NCBI GenBank assembly: GCA_024137785.1
Contig: JAHRHZ010000065.1
Location: 18,215,590 to 18,279,589 of the forward strand
Direction of reading: 5' to 3'
From: Ginglymostoma cirratum
Lineage: Eukaryota
DNA length: 64,000 bases
Shown: in pieces, positions 51,178 to 64,000 of the stretch
How positions within the stretch are numbered: position 1 is the stretch's first letter
Layout of the letters: each line of letters starts with the position of its first letter
Notes under the pieces: generated by a model
What the model was told of the DNA's origin: nothing
The model's input: the letters and a program-made list of their open reading frames with translations, nothing else
The model's database searches: none
Program-made: the position numbers and the translations under genes

Positions 51178-52118
51178 AAGTCATACAGCACAGAAACAGA
51201 CCCTTTTGCCCAACCAGTCCATACTGAACATAATCCCAAACTATTACTAATCCCACCTGCCTACTGCCTGGCCCATATCTCTCCAAACCTTTCCTATTCA
51301 TGTACTTATCCAAATGTTTTTTAAATGTTGTAATTGTACCCACATCCACCACTTCCTCAGGAAGTTCATTCCACACATGAACCATCCTGCGTGTAAAAGA
51401 TATCTGCCCTTCATTATTTTTTAAATCTCTCCCCTCTTACCTTAAAAGTGTGCCCCCTAGTCTTGAAATCCCCCATCCTAGGGAGAAGACACCTAACATG
51501 AACGTTATGTATACTTGTCATTATTTTACTAACTTCTATAACGTCACCTCTCAACCTCCTTTGATCCGGTGAAAAAAAGGTCCCAAACAATTCCGGCAGT
51601 ACCTGCTCCTCTGATGCTGCCTGGCCTGCTGTGTTCTCCTGCACCACACGGTGTTATCTCAGACTCCAGCATCGGTAGTTCTTACTATCTCCCAGACAAT
51701 TCAGCCTTTCTTTATAACTCAAACCTTCCATACCCAGCAACATATTGGTAAATCTCTTCTGAACCCTCTCCAGCATAATAATATCCTTCCTTTAAATGGG
51801 TGATCAGAACTCCTCACAGTATTCCAGAAGAGGCCTCACCAATGTCGTATACAACCTCAACATGATTTCCCAACTCCTATACTCAAAGGACTGAGCCATG
51901 AAGGAAAGAGTGTCAAATGCCTTTTTAATCACCCTGTCTAAATGTGCTGCAACTTCAAAGAATTATGTACCTGAAAGCTTAGGTCCCTCTGTTCTACAAC
52001 ACTATCTAAGGCCCTAACATGAATTGTATCAGCCGTACCCTTGTTTGTTGCACCAAAATGCAATACCTGGCATTTATCCAGATTGAACTCCATCCGCCAT
52101 TTTTCAGCCTATTGACCA
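51178..52118 (-). mobile_element. CR1 LINE 3' fragment, about 0.9 kb, with a nested Penelope-like arm
   Basis: MVHVWNELPEEVVDVGTITTFKKHLDKYM and QRRLRGDVIEV. Interrupted at about 51598-51689. Confidence 0.92.
51598..51689 (+). mobile_element. Truncated Penelope-like arm with TSD
   Basis: 'cctgctcctctgatgctgcctggcctgctgtgttctcc' matches the right arm at 19.5 kb. Flanks TCCCAAACAATTC (51581-51593) and TCCCAGACAATTC (51690-51702). Confidence 0.75.
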
Positions 52119-52119
52119 G

Positions 52120-52470
52120 GGTATACTATTTACAAAATGGTCTGCAGAAATTCACCAAAGATCCTCAGAAAGCACCTTCCAAACCCACGACCACTTCCAT
52201 CTAGAAGGTCAATGGCAGCAGATACGTGGCAACATCACCACCTGCAAGTTCTGCTCCAGGCCACTCACCATCCTGACTTGGAAATTTATCGCTGTTCCTT
52301 CATTGTTGCTGGATCAAAATCCTGGAATTCCCTCCCTAATGGCATTGTTGGTCAACCCACAATAGGTGACCTGCAGCAGTTCAAAAAGGCAGCTCACCAC
52401 CGCCTTCTCAAGGGCAATAAATGCTGGCCAGCCTGGGACACCCACATCCCACAAATGAATAAATATAAAA
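52120..52470 (+). mobile_element. 3' end of the second LINE family (same as 28.4-29.9 kb)
   Basis: SFIVAGSKSWNSLPNGIV...LQQFKKAAHHRLLKG followed by the tail 'cacatcccacaaatgaataaa'. Confidence 0.9.
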
Positions 52471-53599
52471 AGAAAAATAATGACACTTCAGCTCTCTGGC
52501 ATAGCCTCAATCTCACCTTCAAGCCAATGCCTTTGGTGGTGACATAAATATTTGGAGATATAACACTTTAAGAAGACTGCAGGAGACAGAAAAAAAGAAT
52601 TATTTGATTTTCAAAGAAGCTCTTGTGGTTAGATTCTCAGGATTTTCAACTACTGGTATTGTTCCTAGTTTTCATCGCTCACACATCCTGTAATGAGTAG
52701 CATTAGGTTTCAGAGATAAGCACTTTGCTTGATTTTAGCATATATGGAGGCTTCAAAGGTAAGAGAGTGAAATTATTCCAAATAAATATATATCTGACCT
52801 TTAGTTCTAGTTAGCTTACAAGTTACAATAGTTAGAAAAAAAGTCAGGAAATGTCTATAAGTTGAAAAACTTTTTTTTATAATACTCTACAGCCCAATGC
52901 TTAACAACATGGGTCTCATTTTATATGTTAGAGTAAGGTTAGGCTTGGTGTTAATGTCAGTAGAAAATTGCTTGGGCATCTAATTGATGTCATTGAAACT
53001 TAATTTGAAGACTTTAATGCACTTATCACCCATAAACACCCAACATTTCACTGGAAATATAAAAGTATGCAAGTTGCCTGAAAATCTAACATTGTAGATC
53101 TTTGTCCTATTTTCCAGTTGGTAATTTTACACTTAAGAAATGGGAATTAATCACTAAAATATATATACTGGTCTATTCATTAATCTGTAAATGGAAGTTT
53201 GGATCATTCAGAATTGAATTCCTCATTTTGGAAACTTTGCTAATGAGATCAGCTCATTAGTTTGTGGCTACTTGTTATGAGAAATGAGCATTTTAAGATT
53301 GTTTTCCCGTGAACCAATTGTGATGCCAGGAATTTGGTTCCTGCATGTGCCAAGTGCATAATTTTAAATATATCAGATAATAATTATTTGGTTGCTGTGT
53401 ACTATTTTTCTAAAAGTGGTTTTATTGGTTTGCTTTTCCTCCCCTTTATATTCACTGAATTACGGCATTAAATCTTCTCAGTAAATTCTGGTAAAGCCCA
53501 GCAATAAGTAAACAGCATGATCTGATTTCAATTGGGCTACATATGATTTTTGTAGCTTTATGCTTTAATTTCATTGTAGGGAGCTGAAATATCCCATTT

Positions 53600-55170
53600 T
53601 CAGTTAAAATGTCTTTCTCAAGAGTGAGCCTGGTCCTCCAGGATGTGCAACAACACTTCTCTCACAATTTTCTGTTCTTCACCCTATTAATTATTCAACC
53701 AGATTCTTTGGCATTGTTTTGTGGAATTGCCACTGGAGAGCTGGAACTGCTCGCCATTGTCATGGCCTTTCAGCACCATGCTGAATACCCAACTGCCCGT
53801 CATTTCCACCTCTACAGGCCAAGAACTGCCCCTCACACTGTAGTGCCTGACCATTATCATTCAGGACATGGCTCAGAATGCAAAGCTGACTGTTCGCATT
53901 GTGTACAGGGACCTGTAAGTGCTGGTGGCAAAGGAGAGCACATCACCACTCACAGCCAGTCTGGACCCATGTAGCAATCCAGGTTGGTGCTGTGTCACAG
54001 GTAAACAGGAGCATGCAGCAGTGCAAGAAGAAAGTCAATGATCTTTTACGCTCTACTACCTCACAGGGTCAGCATCACTCATGCCATTGCACATGTATCT
54101 CACCTAGGCTGTTAGACAACAGTTCTCACTATTGCATGCATGATATCCTGTCAATGGCTCTCATCCATCTGTCCACCCAACTACTAATGTTCCCACTCTT
54201 TGTGTTTTCTACTCAGTCACTGGGGACACCTCACCACCTCTCTTGCATGCGCATCATCTTCACTGCTCTTCCGTCCACTTTCAGCGTATTCAATCTCTCC
54301 CACTGTCTCATTGCAGGAAAAAATGGTCCACTCCCCAGACAGATCTTTACTGTACCCAGACTGTTCTATCTGTGATCCCCAGACTGGTTGCACTTGACCT
54401 ACAGTGCTGATCATGGCCCAATCCTTGAAATACAAAGACATGGATCTGGTAGGACCAAGAGGCTGACCGACTGTTTCAATCCCCTGACTGACTGTAGTCC
54501 ACTTTGACTCCACAGAGGACTGCTGCCCTTCGACTTTCGCACATAGTCACATGCTTGAAACACATGCAATATATTTGCCACAAAACCATTCATGCAGCAC
54601 TGTACCATTAAGCATAATGTCCAACCCCTTGATTATTCAGTACTCCCCTTTGTGACAAGCAGCCTGCCTCTTCCTTGGGTGAAAGTCACAGAAACTGGCA
54701 GCATCCAAGCAAGCACTAAGTGAGTAAGTACTAAGAAATCAAGCTAAAGACCGTAAGTCTTTGTATGCACACGATACAGGTGTTTCCCTGCACACAGAGT
54801 GACCTGGTAAGATCATGCAAGGTCTATGTCTCCCAGAACTCCTGTGTAAAGTTCTGAATAATTAAGGTGGTGTATAAGTTGGCCTGAGAGCAGAAGATCA
54901 AGACTAGTGATTTACTGATTCCAATTGCACATTGCAATCACCAGGTCCTTCTCTGATTCACATCTCGGGAATTTGTGTCATCTACGTACTTGGGGACAGA
55001 GAATTGCTTGTGATGTAGAAATTAGGCAAATTGCTAAAGTCATTACTTAAAGCTTAATGGGAAAATCGCGAAACTTTTTCATGATATCAGATTCTGATTT
55101 TTCTCTTTGTATAATTTTCTAACTTTCTTACCTTTGCTCACCCTGCAAAGAGGAGGGGAAAATTACACTC
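53600..55170 (+). mobile_element. Harbinger-like relic with spliced Myb/SANT-like gene (copy 4)
   Basis: From ATG at ~53868: MAQNAK...RDL*VLV...VWTHVAIQV...MQQCKKKVNDLLRS, then a GTCAGC...ctcattgcAG intron (54068-54316), then EKMVHS. Terminal-like 'ggaaaattacactc' at 55170. Confidence 0.65.
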
Positions 55171-57344
55171 ATGATGTTGGACAATGTCAGAGCAGTATGC
55201 TGCAACCCTACCTTGGTGCTAATTGATGGGAAAAGGTACAAACAACACACCCTTACAAATGCAGGCTATCTTGTGCAAGGGTGCAAATGACATAACCTTG
55301 AGGATTTGGACTTGGGCATGGCTTGCTTCTTGATTTACTGGTAGCCAACAATTCCCTAGTTCCATCAAGTTTCTGGCAATGCAGCAAGCACAATTTTGGA
55401 GCTTCAGTACTGGCAATGCATAGAGTTTGTGTTGTAAAGTCCTGAGGGAATTTTTTTTGAAGGGGTGCTCTTTATCCTGCAGTATCTTTAAAAACAATGT
55501 GCAAGAGCTTTGGATATGCAGAATTCAGCTTTTGCAAGCCAGCTATGGGATGTATAAAATTGGAGACACCAAAATACTAACTGAGTTTGTATTAGGCTCA
55601 TCTGGGCATGTGTAGACATACCAAGAACTTTGATATAAATTGTTAGTGGTCTGACCAACACCGGTTTAACACTAGTTTATGACCAGTAGACCAGGTTATT
55701 AAATTATCTTAGAGGTTATTTTGTGGGTACTCCAACTGAGTTGGTTAAATGCTCTGAAATTGCTCAAAAATTAACTTGATGTAAATTTGGATTGGTATGA
55801 AGATCCAAGGTCTATGCAGTGCATAACCAATTTGATGCACATTTTATGATGGAGATAGAGGCAATATATTAAATGTCTACTTTGAGATGTCAAAGATGGT
55901 TGAGTGTGCTCAAGTCATGGCCCTGCAGCTGTGTCAATCTAATGGGAAGTTGTTGAGACTTTAAATTTGCTGTGTTGTCTAGGATGGATGCAGAATCATG
56001 GGTCAAAGTTCATGACAAATTTTGGCAAATGTATACATATCTATAACATTGGCTTCTGGAAGATAGATCCTTTCCTTATGTGGTCTTGAGAAAAAAATTG
56101 ACAGTGTTCTTTGGATTTATGAGAACTTGTATTTAAAGCTATCTTTAAACTTGTATTTAAAGCTCTTCTTTTGGCTATGGAAGAATGAAATGTGTGGGAA
56201 AACAGTGCTTTGAAAGAGGAATTACTTATGATTTTCCCAAGTTATGCCTCTTTGGTTTCCGAAAATAACAGTAAGCTTGAAGAGTGGGAAGAGTATCTTA
56301 TCAAAGATTAGGTAAAAGAAACAAACTCTATATTATCTACATAGAAAAATGCCGCAGTAACATTTTTGCAAGTATAAATCAGCTATAAATGCCAAACTAG
56401 AAAAAACAAAAGGCTTCAAAAAGGCTGACACAGCTCTGTAAAGCAGACCACTCAAAAATGCCCTTAATATAACTTTATGACATGTGAAAACAGTAATTAC
56501 ACAGAAAGTATAGTAGGATGCAGTCTTCTATTTTAATTGCATATCCAGCATACTTTCATATGCATGGTAGCAAGCAAAACATTGTCTGAAGGTCTGAAGG
56601 GGATTATTAGTGTAGAAAGCACATGGTTTATTTTCAAAGGGTATTCCCACAGACTGGAAAATGTTTAATTTTCAATCCTTTTTTGGCGGTATTTTAGAAT
56701 TAAAGTGAGGGTAGGTAATACATTTGCTGTCTTCTGAAAACGACAATGAACATGTGTTCAATTTTAAATAGAAATACATTTTCTGTGCCTTCTTTATTTG
56801 TTGGATCCTGCTACATCAGATATCTGTGGAAGTCATCCATTACTATTCTGTAATCTAAAGATTGTTAACCTCATGCTGACCCTTTTTTGTATTTGCTGAC
56901 ATGGCTATGATGTCAAGCTTATTTATGAATCCTCATGTAAAAACACTAAGTTGGTACTGGTTTATGAAAATGCAGTTTATACTTCATAATGGGCTTTCTG
57001 TACTTCAGTGCCTGCACTATACCCATAATCTTGAAATAATTGAATGTATTTGATATGAACAGTTTTGTCATAAAGGAAATATTCTTTAAAGCATAACACT
57101 ATCCAATATGTAGATAATTAATTTGTGTCTGATAGTATCTTTTAATTCAGTGAATGCTTTCATCAACAGGAATCCTGTTAGTTTTGGTGTTGTTATTTTT
57201 TAACAGACTGATATTCATGTTTTGAATTGGACTGCAAAAGACTTTCAGAGATTTACCAGAGTTTTATTGTCAATCTAGTTTTGAATGTTTCTGCCATTCT
57301 TTTCTGCATTCCCTGTCCAGAAGACAATACCCAGATTGGAAGAA

Positions 57345-57432
57345 CACAGCTCTTTATTTAAATCTACATATTCAGATGTATTGTCAAGCACCTCTGGGGC
57401 AAGTGGGATTTGAACCTGGGCCTTCTGGTTTA
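57345..57432 (-). mobile_element. Short tRNA-derived SINE head fragment
   Basis: Minus strand B box GGTTCAAATCCC ('ccaggttcaaatcccacttgcccc'). Confidence 0.5.
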
Positions 57433-57749
57433 ATACCAGCTCTTTTTTTAATTAAACTGCCACCAAGTCACCAGTGTTTCTAATTACAGGAACAATTAAA
57501 GAGCGCTACCCACCGGTAGCAGTGCAACAATAACAAAAGGGAAGGGTAGGAAAAACAGGGAGAGTCTTAAATTAATGTGGAGTTGGAGGAGGAAGAACCC
57601 CGCTGTATGTTTTTACTAAATTGACATAGCGTTAAAGAATCTAATTTAATCTAACCCTTAAGGTTTCAAAACCAAAACCAGAATCTCACTAATAATTGGT
57701 CACTTCCTTATTACCATGTATTTGCATCTTGTTAATACCTAACCCTGCA

Positions 57750-58735
57750 GTTGCAATACTCCCCTCCCTTCCCAGGAAACCAGGCAGTGACAATTCCTGA
57801 CTTGAAAGTCAAGATAGCTGGCAGCACCCGTCGTTTGCTTCTTTGGGCCTCTGTTTTAATGTCCCATCGCCAACATTTCCTTGAATGCTATATGGACGTG
57901 GTCTCCTCTATCTTTCAGGACCAAATCACCAGCCTCCCCACATGATCACGGCTGATGTTGGGCCAACTCAGACTTCACTTTGGAGCTCAGGGACACCTTT
58001 GATTTGTATACTCCTCCGAGGTTGTTTTGCCGGGCAAAGGGGCAAACAGCCAACTCATGAAAATGCACAAGATGAACTTTATGAATCTTAGGTTTATTTC
58101 TAATGCTCAGTCACTTGGTGCTTACTTTGGAGGTTGCCAGCCTCTGTAAATTGTGTAGCTTTTGGCCAGGGGTCATGCATGCAGGTTTAGCATTTGTGGA
58201 AGATGAGGTGGGTGAGAGCAATGGGGTGGAAATGCTGTATGCAATTGTGAAGTCAGTAGTCCATGAGCATTGATGAGATTTTCATGCAGTGGTACAGTTA
58301 GTGAGTGAGAGGTAGCACAATGAAGGAGGTGTCGCTTACCCTTGTGGAATACGGAAGATTCCATCTGACCCTGGAGATGCCCCTGGCCCAGGCTGCCAAG
58401 TGTCCAAACTGACTCTGTTGGTCTGCTGGGTATTAATGGCCTTTTTCTTGATCACCTTGCCCCTTAGAACCTCTAGGTGCCTATCTGAAAGCCTGGAGCC
58501 AGTTGCTGGCTCCCAGCATATTACGTGGTGTAAAGCTGGACTTTAAATATGGCACCAGCGGTTCCCGTAGCAGTGGGAAACAGCCTGTCCTGCTACATGA
58601 TTGCACAAGAAGGGCACCAAAGCTGGTTGCATAACTAATGAGATGAGGAGTAGAGCATAAAAATTGTCACTATGATAGGCCGCTCAGTGAAATGCCCAGA
58701 AGTGACGCTCTGCCTAAAATTGGAAAATCTAGCCC
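57750..58735 (-). mobile_element. Harbinger-like relic (copy 5)
   Basis: Minus strand APGF(S)DRHLEVL..., then donor 'aagg|gtaagc' at about 58339. Terminus GGGCTAGATTTTCC at 58735-58722. Confidence 0.55.
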
Positions 58736-61334
58736 AGAGTTACTTCCACTACATTTTGACTTAAAATAATAAAAATGTACATATGATTGGACATCAACAT
58801 TTTCATTTGCCCTTGTTTGGCAAAATTATGAAGGGTACAATGACTCATCAAAACCTAATAGCCTATTGGATCTCTAGATTAATTTTAGTTCAGTCTTGCT
58901 TTGCTTGAAAAGACATTGTGTAATCTTAAAAAGATCGTGAAATCATTAAAAAAATAAAATTTCACTTGCCTGTCAATATGCATTGTAATTATCCCAGATT
59001 GGGTAGTGTAATACAAATTACTGCTCAGAACTGTGTTGGAATGTATGTTGAACTTGATTGTGACCTGAGCTTAGATTATTTTTGGTTTATTTATGAAACT
59101 GAGCAGGTCAGGCTAAGTTGTGCTTCTGACCTTTCTCAAAAACAGAAAGTACTTAAGGGAGGTATTCTGTGGATCTGAGAGCAGGGGTCAGTGACTGTAT
59201 AAATGAATTCAGATATAGAAACCAATCTTTTTTTAAAAATTATGTCAGAGGCCTAGAGTAGAAACAATAAAAGCAGAAAGTATTTTCTATTTAGGTGTTG
59301 TTATTTTTAATACCATGTTTTCAGTTTCTTACTATGACAGCTTTTGATTTTTATTGCTTTAAACTTTGATTACCTCCCCAATGTTATTTCTCTGGTGCTT
59401 GATGACTTAATATTGTTAAGACAGTACGGGCCTGAAATGAATTCTTCATGTAGCAGTGAGTGAATGCTTAGGTGTTTGAATGAATATTTGAACACATGAA
59501 TGTACAGGTTTTCTTGAAATTCCCTTTTCTATTATTTTAATCGAGGCACTAATCCATTTGTTTCAACCGATTGAAAATCACCATTAAGAATAACACATTA
59601 AGTATTTAATCACTTACAGTGCTAGCTCCTGATGAACTTTCAGGCCTAGTAAGTTCCACCTCATTTCCCAGCGTCAGGTGTGACAAAGAACTATTGGAAT
59701 TTCTAACATACGCAAATATCAAATTGAACCATGTATTTTCAGAAACCTCAAGAAGAATTGTCTTTAAATCATCTACATTTTAATATGTTTTTGTTCTTGA
59801 GAGCAGGGAAAGATGATGGTGTTTCTCTTTGACAGCTTCTACTTAGCAATGTAGAAATATAGAAGTGGAGTATTTCAAGTCCTAATTTGATTTAACCGTA
59901 GAATTCCTAAGGTGCCCTTTTATACCTATGTTTTAGTTACATAGGAAGCATGTTACAAAATGCACGTTCAGCTTTCCTAAGCTTCCAACCAGGTGTTTTG
60001 TACCGTGAGGAGTTTAAAAGAAAATCCTTTTGATACATTGGTACAAATGCTTTTTCAAATTAGGCTTTTATTATTTGCATGCGTTACTCTTGGGGATTGA
60101 TTTGTGCTGGACCTAATTTCTTATGCTTTAATAGTAGGCACTTGGTAAGCTTCAAACAAACCATGGAGGTGTGCGATTGGGGCAGTTGATCTGTACAGGG
60201 TATTTCCATTGAGTGTTAAACTGATCATTTTTTGTCGAGTTTAACTTGATTCAGTTACGCTCACACTTCATATGCTTAGCTTCAGGAAAAACCTCTGTGG
60301 TATGGCAGGTTCATCATCTGTTGCTTTTATGAAAAAGGTTGCTGGTTACCAGCGATACCCAATTCCTTTGCAAGTATGAATCTATGTCATCTAGCAGCAC
60401 TACAAACTGCTGTCCATTTGCTGATGTTCTAGGTTCTTGCATATTGTAGACTTTCCTAATTGTAAAGAATGCTAAGTGTTCAATTGAGGCAACTGCAACA
60501 ACCTATTTTGTTACGTGTACAATGTGACGATCATCAATATCCTGTGTGTGTGTGTAGTGCGTGTTGTGTTTGGTATTAGAAGCACCAGTTCAGAGTAATA
60601 CGTTACACCGCTATGTTGTGGTGAAAGCCTGCAGAATTACAGACTTGTATTAGCATCATGTAATAAAATGCGACATAATCAGACGTTATTGTCTCTTCCC
60701 CAAGGAAGATAAAGGAACAAGTTGGTGGGTGATTGTGTTACTGGCTTGCAGTTGAACTGATGGTAATGACTACTAAAAGGTCAAAGTGGGGTCATCAAAG
60801 TAGGATGGCAGAACTACAAACTGTTCCATCTTCCTAAATAGGAACAGTGACAGGACAAACTGTCCCATATGTAAAACCACCCACCGTGCAGTAAGATTAG
60901 TCAAATCTGGCTATAGTTGTAAGTGGCTAAAGAGGAAAATTTAAGGGACTACAGAAGGAGACATATACTGGGAGGTAACCAACTAGCAATGCCCAAGAAA
61001 AATCTAAGCCAGTATTTCAGTAAATTTGACAAACTCAGCAGCGGAAATTAATCCTGATGAGACACAGAATTAATAAAAATTGTACTTAAGAAGGAATTCT
61101 GAACCCATTTCATGTATTGTTCAAATTAATGTTTGGCTAAGTGAGCAATTCAGATATTTACTCTCAGAATTGTCAAATCTTAAGACTGCTCCTCAATAAG
61201 TACATTTTAATTCTACAGCTGTTAACATTTTATTACCATCAGTTGCAAGTAAATTGGATGCTTCATTAATATTGTTGATGTTACCTCTGGTGTGTATATC
61301 AAAGCTTTCAATTTATTCTTTCTTGTCATTTTAG

Positions 61335-61404
61335 GGACTTCGCTAACAGACGTATTGTTCACATTCCACCTCAAGATTCCAACCTCAAGCCCTACACTTC
61401 AATG
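61335..61404 (+). CDS. Candidate internal exon, 70 nt: (x)DFANRRIVHIPPQDSNLKPYTSM
   Basis: Very strong acceptor 'caatttattctttcttgtcattttag', donor 'atg|gtattt', retained CpGs, in a repeat-poor block. A second frame is also open. Gene not recognised. Confidence 0.5.
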
Positions 61405-62880
61405 GTATTTTTTTCCACTCATGTTTTAATATCTCTGTCTTGATTAATTATCTCTTTGTAAACTAATAGGTCTCAGTTCCTGCCCAAATAAGGGCACTTA
61501 CTGTTACAGTAATTCAATGGGTATGGTGTATCTGCCCATGAAGTTTGTATAAAACTGTTCTGGAAATATGCCCAGCAGCCTTTTTCCATGATGATCTTAG
61601 ACAGCCACAGCTGTATTTCTTGTACTTTCAGTATAAGTATCAACAAATGCTATTATATGTAAAACAAAGCAAGTCCAGATTTAGCTTATACACATAAGTA
61701 GCTGTGCAACAACAGGACTGAATTGCTTCTTGTAAGATGGTTATCAGATTTATTGCCACTGCTTTGATCTTAAAAGACCTGATGTATCCCAATTCGTAGT
61801 AAGGGCAATGGTACTTTAACCCTTTACATCATAAACTGCTCATTAAATCATTTTCTAATTTATTTAATTTGGCACATACTGATTGTTCTGTGGTTAGTCA
61901 ACTTGATGGTCCTGAAGCAGCAAATTGAAATTAGTAATTTCAACTCATTCACTTTAACCAATAAAAAGTATGTTGTTGTTCAGCTGTTCACAGTACTTCT
62001 GTGAAAGTATGCTTATTAATTTTGAAGTTACCCATGGGTGTACGTTCTCTTCCTACATAAAATATGTCAGTACAAACAACACTTGGGTTCGAATATGTTA
62101 AAGACAGTTATACTAAGCTATATTAAAATGATGTCAGAAATGATGAGTGGTTTATCAACATTTTCTAAATGCAAAACATGTTACATCCTTTGAACCAGCT
62201 TCAACATAATACTTGACATAGTACTCTGTCAGCGTACTATTGTATTGTTCATGATGAGTCAGATGGTGTGTTCAGTAATAGAGAATGCATTTACATAATG
62301 CCAGGATTACCATTACTCAGTAACCTCTGCCACCCCATGATCAGATAAAGTACCATAACTATTTGCTGATATTCCTTTTGAGGTGAACTATAGTCAATCA
62401 ATACTTAGCAGATATCCATCTCATTACTTCATTTTTCATTTTCTGATTATAGAAAAGCATTGTTTGTGCACTCCCACTATCAGTTGCCTGATGTATCCAT
62501 CTTGATCTGCCACCTCCTTAAAGCAATGAGAATGTAAGAGATTCTTATTTAATCAGTTGGATAACTCATCATTCTCAGTCAACAACCTCTTTTCAATTGT
62601 CTGGTATTTTAAAAACAAATGCTGTTCAAAGAATGTTTTTAAAAAATTACTCGGTTTTTGTTTGTCCTTGAGTTACTTGTCTTAGTGTCCTGGAGAGGAG
62701 TATAATGCTTAGAGAATCAAGAGGAAGCAGAGAGGCTTAACAACTTTATTTGTAAATCTTCAGTGAAACTGTGCCTGCTAATTTGGGAAATCCAGCAATT
62801 ATCCTTGTCTATCACTTAATAACCTGTCAGTTATTTCTCTCAACAATTGAAAAGAATCTTCAAAATGGAAGGTAAATTTA

Positions 62881-63016
62881 AAAACCAAAAGAACTGTGGA
62901 TGCTGTAAATCAGGAACAAAAACAGAAATTGCTGAAAAAGCTCAGCAGGTCTGGCAGCATCTGTGAAGAAAAATCAGAATTAACATTTTGGGTCAGGTGA
63001 CCCTTTCTCAGAACTG
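62881..63016 (-). mobile_element. Penelope-like arm with decayed minimal hammerhead core
   Basis: Minus strand: agtt-CTGAGAA-A-GGGTC-acct-GACCC-AAAAT-GTT-aatt. Same family as 8581-8730. Confidence 0.8.
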
Positions 63017-64000
63017 AGGGAACATAAATGTAGACCTGTTTCTTCCAGCAAGTGTGGAAAACATTTCCAAATAGTGATTCCTTTCAGTTTAAAGTTCACT
63101 GAATTCTGTATCCCATGTGTTAATTTCAAACTGAAACAGAGTGAGTCACAGTACAGAAGATTTTACGTTTTATTTTCATTAAGTTAAAGGTTACCCAATA
63201 GCAATGTCACTGAATGCAATATATTTTCCAGGAACACAAACAATCTGATGAAATGTTTTTATTTATTTGAAAAATATTGCAAAAGCCATTCTGAGGCCAC
63301 AATGAAAGGGAAATTGTGTGTAACATTTATTAGAGGCATTTTTAAGAATGTGGAGCTAAGTGTCTGGATAAGCCTAATTATTTTCAGAACCATTACACTT
63401 TTGATACATTCATTCATTTTGTATTTATTAGAGTATAGCGTTCAACTTTGGGAATGTTTAATGGACTGCATCGTAGGAGCAAGACAGCTACTGAGCAGTT
63501 TACTTTGGTTTTGTGTTAGTTGCCAGCTGCTAAATTGGCTGCATTTTAATGAATGGAAAATTCTTATAAGGAGATAAAGTGGAATATTTTCTTTTAAGTA
63601 GTGGGACATTTGAACTGATCAAGATGTTTTTGTGCAGTGAAGATCTTTATGGTGGTGCCTTATGGGTGAGATGCAATACTTTTAGTCTATAAATAGATGC
63701 AAGTGTAGATCATGGTTTATTATGTTGGTGGGAAGCTTCTGACTGGTTCCGGTTGACACGGTAAATAGCAATACATGGCAATTTATGTTAATCATCTATT
63801 TTAATCTGAAATGCCATCATCTTTTTTGATTTGAATGGTGGTGATGCTGGGCTTGTACTTTCATTTCATCCAAGGGGTACACTGAACATTATTTTCCTTA
63901 GAGTACCCAAGTGGTCTTTATAATACTTGAAGTGATGTTCAGATAACCGGCTCTTGATTATTAACTGGCTCATATTAGACTTGGAGGATTTCCTTTGTCT

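Noticed and set aside
52100-52140. Head-to-head junction of two different 5'-truncated LINEs as one chimeric insertion
   Set aside because: No shared TSD was found around the pair; independent insertion or a later deletion explains it equally well.
56124-56164. 17-bp direct repeat AACTTGTATTTAAAGCT, two copies
   Set aside because: Two units only, consistent with a slippage duplication; not an array. The same applies to CTGGACCTTGA twice near 23480-23504.
1-64000. CRISPR arrays, operons, rRNA or prokaryotic defence systems
   Set aside because: The sequence is vertebrate-type repeat-rich DNA with no regularly spaced repeats and no long intact ORFs.

Overview
Eukaryotic, AT-rich, essentially non-coding DNA, most likely from a cartilaginous fish. 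The repeat set fits sharks: HE1-type V-SINEs, CR1/HER1-type LINEs and short Penelope-type inverted repeats. It reads as a very large intron or gene desert. No multi-exon gene could be assembled and no gene symbol is assigned. A few isolated candidate exons occur on both strands; the best are 61335-61404 (+) and 25490-25615 (-). Most ORF-track entries are decayed LINE frames or chance. The items most worth a second look are: (1) a multi-copy family of short, partly palindromic Penelope-like elements carrying decayed minimal hammerhead-ribozyme cores, two with about 13-bp target-site duplications; (2) five relics of a Harbinger-like DNA transposon whose Myb/SANT-like gene keeps the same intron position across copies; (3) a 280-bp local segment apparently copied into a LINE, shown as two exact 47-bp stubs around a 10-N gap; (4) an isolated perfect 18-bp inverted repeat about 0.9 kb apart; (5) a clean solo LTR with a 5-bp TSD; (6) repeat-poor blocks rich in homeodomain motifs that may be conserved enhancers. 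I found no convincing wholly new biological system. All family assignments are by-eye recognition and need database confirmation.
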